From Atractiella rhizophila (lineage: Eukaryota), in the NCBI GenBank assembly GCA_021432655.1, contig MU271397.1, forward strand, positions 54,366 to 74,365: a DNA stretch of 20,000 nucleotides, in the 5' to 3' direction. The translations under genes and the position numbers were made by a program. Position 1 is the first letter of the stretch; each line of letters opens with the position of its first letter. The notes beneath the pieces are model-generated. The model saw only the letters and a program-made list of their open reading frames with translations. It was not told the DNA's origin and did no database searches. This document shows positions 10,027 to 19,488 of the stretch, piece by piece.

Positions 10027-12829
10027 CTACCTTGCATTTCCTTCCATGCATCCCACTGCCACCTTCGCACCGACCTTTACAATCAGTTCATTTAATCGTA
10101 TCACCCTCGCCCATTCTGAATTCGAGTATGGGTCGTTCCCACGTTCCATGTTCTTGAGTCGCGTGGTCTCCAATAAGCATTGCGTCGCAAGGGCGTCCCG
10201 TTGAAGTATCGACGCAACTGAGCCTTCCGAGTCAAGGCAGTGGGCTGCTAATCTGTGGCATTCGAGTATTGCTGGATGAAATGGAGACAGCGATTGATAC
10301 TCTGCAAGTTTGCACTCATTAGCCGCATTCATCGTCTGTTCCAGCCCACTGTACCTTCTACTGCCGCAGCTAAGAACCTTGATGCCTTAAGGGACGTGTC
10401 TGTGGATTCAGGTCAAATTTGCCGGCTTTCAGAAGATACTGACCTCCGCTTTTGTCTTCTTGGGCTATTCTTGCCAAACAGGTTCCGATGACTTGAAAAG
10501 CATACGCTCGAGTCTCTTTCGCTCCCCCTGCCAATCGTGGAGTTATTGATGTCAGCAAATCTTTTGCCCTTCTCTCCGTCCCCCTCCCTAAATCTGCCTC
10601 AACGTCCCAGAGCGTGATTTTACCGAGCAAACTGAGGTGCTCGTAACCAAATCTATCCGCTAGAGCAACAGCATTGTAGAGGGGTTTCAGAGCTGTCGCT
10701 GGTCGTCCTTCCCGCTGTAAAATGATCAGTCGATCTATCTTCGAGATAATGACAACACACATGCTGCAGAGCTGCGTCGCGTAAGTAACCCTCGATCTCT
10801 TGAGAAACTGTCAGGTCACGTGAATTCTGAACGTCTTCCTCCTTCGAAAGCTCTGTCCAATGCGGAGGAGAGACAGTCACGCGTGGAGCAACTGATTCAA
10901 TAAAAGCCAATATTCGGTTATCCCCTCTGTCACTTGGTGAGCCCTCTGATTCAATAGCAAGCAGATAGATACCGTCTCTCAGCCTTCAACCGTTCCAATG
11001 ACCAAACGGCTCGAGTCCAACGTGAGACTTCTTCAGTCGTAAAAGTCGGGTTCAAAGCTCCTCTTTGGATGGGAAGAAGGTTAAGAAGAATTGTGAGAGC
11101 GCTATCATAATGTCCCTCTCGAGCAAGCTAATATGGAAGATCACTCGTAAATATCAGGTGAAATGAAAAGCTCACACGCCAAGATCTTGCATAAGCAGCA
11201 ACTAGACTCGGTTCCCCTTTGCCAGCCAGCGTTAAGCGCTCGTGCACAATGGAGAGACTAGTCTGTCCGCCTCGTCTCCATATCTCAGAGAGCAAAGAAT
11301 GGTATCCGGATTCATGATCAGTTGTAGCAATGCTTGAGTTCAACCAAAGAGTCAGCTCTTTGAGTTGTTGAGTCGGGTATACCAGCCCTAGTACATGTTG
11401 CCCGCCCTGTGATGTATAAAGCCCTTCAAAGAGAAGTCATGGCAACTAAAGCATAAACATGCCTTGATGAGGGAGGTCGATACGATGTTCATATGATCGA
11501 TCAAATGGACCTCTCGCTCCAGACGATGCTCATCATTCATCTCTACAGACACGAGGCCCGTTGGTGGGAGAGGTGAGATGTCGATTTCCGCCTGCCCCTC
11601 AGAGGTTTCCTCTTGTACGTTGGATGGCAAGTGTTTCAGGAGACTGCCGGTTCTCAATCAAATCGAATGGTTGTGAGAAAACGGTACATTCAAACCTTTG
11701 ACAGCGAGCCAGAGCCGCTGAATTATCAGCTTTCTTGCACACCTTAAACGCTTCTTCCAGAGTCTACAATATGGACGTCAGTTCAAGCAGAAAACGTTAC
11801 GACGCATACAAGCTTGGCGGCCAGCCATCCTTCAGTCTTGAGATAGAACGCTGCTAAGCTAATCAAAATCCACTCATGTCCAGACTCCCTGTGAGTACTT
11901 CATCATCGAGAGGTATTTATGGAATAGGAGAAAGACGAACATGTTTCTAGCCCTCTTTCTGTCGTCTTCTCTCTTCTTTCTCTTTAAATCAGAAGAACGC
12001 ACAGCGTGTACTGCAGGTATAGCGGGTATATTATGAGCATTTCGCAATCGCAAAAGTCTACTCGAATAGTAGCTCTCGTTCCAGGCATGTGTCCCGTTGT
12101 GGATATTGGACTGATTCCGACTGCCGAGATGGGATATCTTTTCCTGGCATATTGATGTCCCGTGGATCCATTTCTCAACATCGCCGACAAGCAAAACACA
12201 ATCGCTCCAGTCCAGACGGCTATGAAGCAAGAGAACGCGGCGGTGGTAGAGACCAAAAGGAGACCGACGAGAGACACTCGATGGAGCATTCGAAGCCTGT
12301 TTCCTTGTGAGCGAAGAGGGAATATAGAGCCGAATACAAACTTCGACAGGATCTTTTGGTACACAGTTTTTGACATCTATCCTCTCAGTAAACGTGAAGG
12401 ATCAGAGAGTACAGGATACACTTGCCGTTGTTCATAAACTTATAATAATGATCAGGTTTGCTCTGCGTCATCCATTCCATCTTTCTGAAGAGTTTGAGTA
12501 TGGGCTGAAACGCCGAGATGTAGAAATTCTGACCTCTTCGCGTATCTTTCGAGCGAATACCGCAGCATCGTCCTTAGGCTCCAACCTTTGCAGTTGATTT
12601 AGATACTCTTCCAAGGATTCTGGGGGTTTTGTTGGTCGCGTCTGATGCAGAATAATAAGATTCGTGTCTCCAACAATGTCAGACTTACAGGATAAAATAA
12701 GTCACAAATGAAGCCATAAAGCCTTTCCTCCAGTGCAAAACTGACATGCTCTTCCTTGTCTGTTATATAAGTCAGAGTAGCTGTCAAGGCGAGGACATAT
12801 GGTGTGAGGGTCTTGGGCGCTTCTTCCAT
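10027..12829 (-). CDS. APC5: Anaphase-promoting complex subunit 5 (intact copy); about 15 exons
   Basis: Hand-spliced frame: MEEAPKTLTPYVLAL...; SRRSPFGLYHRRVLLLHSRLDWSDCVLL (Apc5 N-terminal helical motif); HEWILISLAAFYLKTEGWLAAKLTLEEAFKVCKKADNSAALARCQ (Apc5 TPR-like domain); LAREGHYDSALTILL; REGRPATALKPLYNAVALA; last exon ...NELIVKVGAKVA...*, with TAG at 10029-10027. The protein is divergent and the family call is by motif recognition only. Confidence 0.78.
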
Positions 12830-13054
12830 CTATCTTTTAGTCGAGTCTCAACTAAGCAGCACTCTTTGATAAAAAATATTAGTGTAGACTCCGTTTCCAA
12901 AAGATTATTTGAATTTCAGACAGGGATTTCCTCAAAACACTTCTGAATTTATAGACCTTCCAAAAAGAGCAACCCAGATTGGCTCCGCATTGTTGACCAC
13001 AAAGGTCTAAACAACGAACCAACCAACAAGCAGCAGTTGTGACTTCCTGTCGAA
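12830..13054. promoter_or_regulatory. Bidirectional promoter region APC5/RPEL, copy 1 (copy 2 at 14946-15174)
   Basis: Divergent ATGs 12829 (-) and 13055 (+), 225 nt apart; AT-rich, contains ATTGG (reverse CCAAT) and an (AACC)n leader. Confidence 0.55.
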
Positions 13055-13369
13055 ATGTGTGAGCGCTTGTTATAGAACTCATATCATCGCTTATTGGACA
13101 TCTAGCTGGAGCCCCACCGAGCCTTGCCGGAATCAGTATTCCAAGTGTAGAGAGCTTCCCCTCATGTCGTCTGGTCGTGTCCTCAACCTGCTACATCGTA
13201 GGGTGATCTGTTTGATGAGGGTGCTTCGATTGACAAACCGAACACCCCTGATGAAACTCCAATATCTCCCACCAACGCGGCAGCCCAGTTGGAGAAGCGG
13301 TTGGACGCACAACATCGCTCCACCAAGGAAGGTTTGTCCCCTCCCATCTAACGAGAACAACATAACTAT
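13055..13369 (+). pseudogene. Truncated duplicate of the RPEL-repeat gene (exons 1-3 and part of intron 3)
   Basis: Matches 15175-15489 except one intronic SNP; breaks inside intron 3 at the duplication junction. May be an assembly artefact. Confidence 0.65.
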
Positions 13370-13370
13370 A

Positions 13371-14945
13371 AGACTAGTCTGTCCGCCTCGTCTCCATATC
13401 TCAGAGAGCAAAGAATGGTATCCGGATTCATGATCAGTTGTAGCAATGCTTGAGTTCAACCAAAGAGTCAGCTCTTTGAGTTGTTGAGTCGGGTATACCA
13501 GCCCTAGTACATGTTGCCCGCCCTGTGATGTATAAAGCCCTTCAAAGAGAAGTCATGGCAACTAAAGCATAAACATGCCTTGATGAGGGAGGTCGATACG
13601 ATGTTCATATGATCGATCAAATGGACCTCTCGCTCCAGACGATGCTCATCATTCATCTCTACAGACACGAGGCCCGTTGGTGGGAGAGGTGAGATGTCGA
13701 TTTCCGCCTGCCCCTCAGAGGTTTCCTCTTGTACGTTGGATGGCAAGTGTTTCAGGAGACTGCCGGTTCTCAATCAAATCGAATGGTTGTGAGAAAACGG
13801 TACATTCAAACCTTTGACAGCGAGCCAGAGCCGCTGAATTATCAGCTTTCTTGCACACCTTAAACGCTTCTTCCAGAGTCTACAATATGGACGTCAGTTC
13901 AAGCAGAAAACGTTACGACGCATACAAGCTTGGCGGCCAGCCATCCTTCAGTCTTGAGATAGAACGCTGCTAAGCTAATCAAAATCCACTCATGTCCAGA
14001 CTCCCTGTGAGTACTTCATCATCGAGAGGTATTTATGGAATAGGAGAAAGACGAACATGTTTCTAGCCCTCTTTCTGTCGTCTTCTCTCTTCTTTCTCTT
14101 TAAATCAGAAGAACGCACAGCGTGTACTGCAGGTATAGCGGGTATATTATGAGCATTTCGCAATCGCAAAAGTCTACTCGAATAGTAGCTCTCGTTCCAG
14201 GCATGTGTCCCGTTGTGGATATTGGACTGATTCCGACTGCCGAGATGGGGTATCTTTTCCTGGCATATTGATGTCCCGTGGATCCATTTCTCAACATCGC
14301 CGACAAGCAAAACACAATCGCTCCAGTCCAGACGGCTATGAAGCAAGAGAACGCGGCGGTGGTAGAGACCAAAAGGAGACCGACGAGAGACACTCGATGG
14401 AGCATTCGAAGCCTGTTTCCTTGTGAGCGAAGAGGGAATATAGAGCCGAATACCAACTTCGACAGGATCTTTTGGTACACAGTTTTTGACATCTATCCTC
14501 TCAGTAAACGTGAAGGATCAGAGAGTACAGGATACACTTGCCGTTGTTCATAAACTTATAATAATGATCAGGTTTGCTCTGCGTCATCCATTCCATCTTT
14601 CTGAAGAGTTTGAGTATGGGCTGAAACGCCGAGATGTAGAAATTCTGACCTCTTCGCGTATCTTTCGAGCGAATACCGCAGCATCGTCCTTAGGCTCCAA
14701 CCTTTGCAGTTGATTTAGATACTCTTCCAAGGATTCTGGGGGTTTTGTTGGTCGCGTCTGATGCAGAATAATAAGATTCGTGTCTCCAACAATGTCAGAC
14801 TTACAGGATAAAATAAGTCACAAATGAAGCCATAAAGCCTTTCCTCCAGTGCAAAACTGACATGCTCTTCCTTGTCTGTTATATAAGTCAGAGTAGCTGT
14901 CAAGGCGAGGACATATGGTGTGAGGGTCTTGGGCGCTTCTTCCAT
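13371..14945 (-). pseudogene. APC5: Truncated duplicate of APC5 (5' part, roughly the first 10 exons); frame runs across the junction to a stop at 13133
   Basis: Copy of 11255-12829. Breaks mid-exon after ...EIWRRGGQTSL, then reads 78 unrelated codons antisense to the RPEL copy (ORF 13133-13459). May be an assembly artefact. Confidence 0.65.
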
Positions 14946-15174
14946 CTATCTTTTAGTCGAGTCTCAACTAAGCAGCACTCTTTGATAAAAAATATTAGTG
15001 TAGACTCCGTTTCCAAAAGATTATTTGAATTTCAGACAGGGATTTCCTCAAAACACTTCTGAATTTATAGACCTTCCAAAAAGAGCAACCCAGATTGGCT
15101 CCGCATTGTTGACCACAAAGGTCTAAGCAACGAACCAACCAACCAACAAGCAGCAGTTGTGACTTCGTGTCGAA

Positions 15175-15789
15175 ATGTGTGAGCGCTTGTTACAGAACTC
15201 ATATCATCGCTTATTGGACATCTAGCTGGAGCCCCACCGAGCCTTGCCGGAATCAGTATTCCAAGTGTAGAGAGCTTCCCCTCATGTCGTCTGGTCGTGT
15301 CCTCAACCTGCTACATCGTAGGGTGATCTGTTTGATGAGGGTGCTTCGATTGACAAACCGAACACCCCTGATGAAACTCCAATATCTCCCACCAACGCGG
15401 CAGCCCAGTTGGAGAAGCGGTTGGACGCACAACATCGCTCCACCAAGGAAGGTTTGTCCCCTCCCATCTAACGAGAACAACATAACTATGACATTGTGCT
15501 GTAGAATTAGTGAACCGAAATATCCTTAGAGAGTCCAAAGTGGCGCCAGCTCTGCAGGTGGGTGTCTGTTGCTTGAAAGCCGAGCATTCAATATTCATCT
15601 CGTCACAGGAAAAGCAGAAAACACTTGAAGAATCTCAGCTCAAGGATAGGTTGAAGACAGCCTTGGAGGCCAGGCCAGAACCAGAAAAGTTAGTTCAAGA
15701 GGGTATCCTGCAAGGTGCGTCGCGTCTCGTAGCATTCAGTATGGAGTTTCGCCAACAAAACCTCAGAGGGTGAAGTGCCTGGGAAATAA
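15175..15789 (+). CDS. Small fungal RPEL-repeat protein (intact copy); exons 15175-15178, 15226-15266, 15322-15451, 15505-15557, 15609-15714, 15767-15789
   Basis: Spliced: MSGAPPSLAGISIPSGDLFDEGASIDKPNTPDETPISPTNAAAQLEKRLDAQHRSTKEELVNRNILRESKVAPALQEKQKTLEESQLKDRLKTALEARPEPEKLVQEGILQEGEVPGK*. Two RPEL-like motifs with the fungal linker VAPALQ; five 47-55 nt GT-AG introns. The first two exons are less certain. Confidence 0.82.
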
Positions 15790-16010
15790 TTTCGCGAGAA
15801 ATGTCAACTTTGAATCAAGGGCTTGTATTTCTAGAGCAAAGAGAAAGAGAACAAAGGATTGTGTGGCAATAACAAATAACAAATGCAATGATACGTCGAG
15901 TATTCTGATGCATACAAGGAAGCAAGTAAGCTCTGACTGTCATTCTGGTTCGCCACTGGCAACAGATCTTGTTTAATTCTCTATTTTCACTTTTATCTTT
16001 GACGGTACAC

Positions 16011-18765
16011 TCAACTCTCTTCCTTATCAGCTCCTTCCTTCAAGGAGACGATAGAATTCAAAATAATTTTGCTCTCTCTACTCCCCTCGCTTGATAATTT
16101 GTCACTGTCCTTATCGAGACAAAAGTATGCCACTCGTACACCTTGAAATCGAATCTCCTCAGGCTGCTTCCCTTCCACCGCCATATCATACACGGCCGTT
16201 TCCAGCAAAGATCCTTTGATGACCTCGAGTGAATTGGGGTTAATGTCAGCCATGAAGTCCTCTGATGCTGCAGGATTTTGAGTGGTAAACAATGGCTTGA
16301 ATATCCTCGTTTCTGCAATCTCCACCGGACTCGACGAAGGTGCATGCTTCGCGACCCAGTGAATATACGCTTTGACTTTGGTCTTGCTGCCTTGTTCGTA
16401 CCGGCACAGAACCCTCGTAATGGACCCGAACTCGTCCTTTTCAATTCCAGTGCAGGTAATGGGAAACGGAACGTTAAGCAAGCCCACAGTCTTTCCGGGC
16501 GCGAGACGAAAGTAGTTGGGCGAATCCACCTCGCGAAAATCGGACTGGTCAATGAAAATTTCGCGCGTGAAAGGAACCTTGAACGTGCCCATGGAAGGAT
16601 CTTTCGGGTGCACAGGCTTTTCAATTGTTGTAACATAGTCCTCGGCAAGATTCTCCAATGTGAGACGGATGGGATGAAGGACTAGCATCAATCGAGGCGT
16701 CGAGAGTTCGAGGAAGCTTCGAAGGCTTTGCTCAAAACGAGTCGTCATAATGACCGTTGGAGCTGTAGTGACGCCAAGCTCCTCAACGAATTTGATGAGT
16801 GCTTGAGGGGGGCATCCCCGCCGTCGCAAAGCAATCAGTGTGTACAACCTGTGTTAATGTTTAGTCACCCTGGTCGTGATGCCGCAGAAATCAGAACCTT
16901 GGATCATCCCATCCCGAAACTTTGCCAGATTTCACCAGTTTCAATATTTTCCGTTTCGACATAACCGTTCCCTCAAGACTGAGTCGTCCATATTCAGATT
17001 GCTTCGGACGATACACCTCGACAGCGTCACAAAGCCTAACTAAGTTTTCGGCTTGATAAAACGCCTCAAAGAAAATCACACTACCATTCGTAAGATTCTC
17101 TTGAAAGAATGAACTCGGTCGTGCACAGCGAGTGGCTATAAATTGTTCAATTTACGACTGTACAAAATCAAGAACTCACGTAATGTTCTCAAAACTATCG
17201 CAAAGACAGTGTGTAAAATCGTATGTCGGGTACATTTTCCAAGTGCTTCCGGTTCGGGGATGTGGGTGGTCGAGGACTCGATAAGCAACAAGATCCCACA
17301 TCTGAGGGTTAGGGTTCTCGAGATCCATCTTCATTCGCAATACGGCTTCGCCCGGCTTGTAGAAGCCCGTCTTCATTCTTTCAAATTCATCTAATGACTC
17401 CTGAACGGGTCTCGACCGATGGACGCATGCTTTCCGACCTCCTCTATGATCTTTGCCGCCACGGTCCTCTTTCATCTGTTCCGCTGTGGACTGGTTGAGG
17501 CAAGTTACCAGAGCGAGCGAAGACTCACCAGTACAGTGGCACACGTATCCTTTGTCTTTTTTGATCATAAAAACTGCAAGCTCGTACAGTTCCTGGAAAT
17601 GATCGGACGAATATGTGATCTGGAAGGGCTCAAACCCTAACCACCGTATAATTTCTAATATTGAGTCGATGTAGACTTGTTCCTCAGCTTCAGGATTCGT
17701 GTCATCGTATCGAAGATAACATCGACCACCGTGATATTGAGCATAACCGAAGTTAACTGTGATAGCTTTCGAGTGCCCTCTGTTGGCAGCATGAGCAGGA
17801 AGGAGAAATTTAAGAATAATAGACAGACATATGTAGGAAACCATTAGGCTCGGGAGGAAAACGAGTGTGCACTTTCCCTCCTGTGGCCTGAAGATGCACC
17901 TGTCTCCGTTCTTCGTTTGGTTGAGGATTTTCCCCGACTTTATGCAGGCGCGACAGCCAGCCTTCTTTATACATGGGACTGTTGGCAACTATCTCACGAG
18001 TGGTTTTAGGAACCGGCTTGATCTCAGACTTCTTTGGCGTGGAAGCTGCTTTCTTGTCCTTTAACGAGTATACATGAATGCATTGCAATGACAGAGAATT
18101 TAAGACACAACTTACAGGGTTGGCGGTAGCTTTAGCAGGCTTAGCTTGAGCCTCTTTCGGGCCGAAAACTTCAGTAAATTTCTCTTCAACTACGGTCTTC
18201 ACAACCAAGGAGTCTGCCCATTTGATTTCTCCAGTCCGAACGAACTTTAGAGCTGCCCCGAGAGAGCTCCATTTCCCCGATTCGAGAGCTACAGCATTTG
18301 AAGAGAAGTATTCGTCCACTTTAGAACGTATTTGTTCTTTAGAAATGACGACGCCGACTCCGCATTCCTTCTCAAACGCAGATTGATCCACGGGAAGTGC
18401 ATTTGTAGAAAGATATGCAATTGCAGCTTTCAAGCAAGTTTCACCATCGTTTCTACTGATAACGTTGAAGACGAACCATTAACTTGATCATCTTTCTTCA
18501 GCACGTCCTCTAAAACTTTGCTAGTAAGAAAGAGCCTCTTCGCCTTATCCAACTTGACAGAATTCGCGGCAAGGTAAAAGATCAGGTTTGCAACTTTCGA
18601 GTCGAGGTTCTTGTTGACGAGATCATTTGCCTGGATGACCTCCTTGAGAGCTGGTCCTGTGGTTTTCGATCGAACGGCTTCTGTGGCCTTTTGATCCGAC
18701 AAGTTGATAGACTTGAACAGTTCGAGGAGCTCTGGGTCTACATCTGCGACCTTTTTTGGAGGCAT
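16011..18765 (-). CDS. GLN4: Glutaminyl-tRNA synthetase, eukaryotic type with N-terminal appended domain; about 8 exons
   Basis: [19 protein letters not shown] (HIGH motif split by an intron), [80 protein letters not shown]; start MPPKKV at 18765, stop at 16011. Confidence 0.97.
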
Positions 18766-18818
18766 TATTGTCTGCTGCTTATCGTTCCTTTACTTCCAAT
18801 CAGTCCAGTGTGTAACCA

Positions 18819-18825
18819 TGACTCA
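18819..18825. promoter_or_regulatory. Gcn4/CpcA-type (AP-1) element TGACTCA upstream of GlnRS
   Basis: Perfect ATGACTCA about 54 nt upstream of the GlnRS ATG, followed by TGACTT at 18827-18832. Aminoacyl-tRNA synthetases are known targets of fungal general amino acid control. Confidence 0.5.
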
Positions 18826-19207
18826 ATGACTTCCCAGTTACATTCAGCAGGATTCAGGCCTACAAACTTAAGTGCATCGTCTTTCACTGGTGCGTTCTGC
18901 TCACTCGCCCTTCCTTGTGCTGTTGTTGCATTAACAAATTTTGTTATTGCGTTAAATAAATTTTTCTACCAATTTCTGTCTAAGCTAGTTGGGTTGTACA
19001 ATCACGCTTTGCGAGCTTGAAGAAATTTGTCTGCCACGTTTGCTGGTCCGCTCTTCAATCACATGCATCGCGTTGGGTTCAGACCAAGCTAGAAATACAC
19101 AAACGTTCAAAGAGATGTTCTGCAAACTGACAAACCTACCGAGAAGAATGTACCGTCCTTATTCTATTCCACGGTGCAGCGGAATCCCAAACCTTTGCTT
19201 TGCATTT

Positions 19208-19216
19208 TATATATAA
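19208..19216. promoter_or_regulatory. TATA box (TATATATAA; reads TATATAAAA on the minus strand)
   Basis: The only strong TATA consensus noticed in the GLN4-CBP4 intergenic region; ~270 nt from the CBP4 ATG, so its target transcript is unclear. Confidence 0.35.
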
Positions 19217-19488
19217 GGAGCAAGTATCACCATGTGAATCATTGCTCTGTGGCATATTTACACGGGCTATCTATTCTGAGGTGATTTCTGTACACTCTGT
19301 TTTACGTTTCGTTGTCTGCCCGAACATATTTTCCCCTTGCTTCAGAGTTTCCCAAAGCAAATGCTCCCGCGAATTATGAATAAGCTGACACAACCAGCAC
19401 GCTGATTCCACGACATAGGTCACACATCACCCAGCAGTTTTTTGCAACAGTGGACGTCGAGCTGCGAATTCAATAATTTTTACCCCAA

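Larger units (their letters stand above)
11255..15489. repeat. Direct tandem duplication of ~2.12 kb: copy 1 11255-13369, single base 13370, copy 2 13371-15489
   Basis: ORF track repeats with offset 2116, then 2120 after a 4-nt indel. Differences found by eye: A12134/G14250, A12338/C14454, A13011/G15127, an extra AACC unit in copy 2 (~15133-15144), C13047/G15167, T13073/C15193. Confidence 0.97.

Noticed and set aside
11984..12376. 130-aa hydrophobic ORF (and its copy at 14100-14492) as a separate membrane protein
   Set aside because: Alternative frame over APC5 exons and introns; the Apc5-like motif lies in another frame.
12134..13370. RIP-like mutation of the duplicate (all three transitions plus the junction base favour A/T in copy 1)
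   Set aside because: Only 3-4 events, in mixed dinucleotide contexts, plus two transversions and an indel; too few to support RIP.
11255..15489. Duplication as a transposon or LTR pair
   Set aside because: No terminal inverted repeats, target-site duplication, TG...CA ends or transposase/RT ORF; the content is entirely host gene sequence.
18928..18950. Short AT-rich inverted repeat GCATTAACAA-ATT-TTGTTATTGC
   Set aside because: Short, AT-rich and imperfect; plausible by chance and no function assignable.
18691..19216. ORFs 18691-19020 and 18989-19216 as genes
   Set aside because: Non-ATG (TTG) starts, overlap with the GlnRS start/promoter, and no recognisable protein features.
19226..19285. 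Hairpin as a SECIS element, TPP riboswitch or spliceosomal snRNA
   Set aside because: No apical AA or upstream selenoprotein ORF, no TPP core motifs, no U5 loop or Sm site; kept only as a generic ncRNA candidate.
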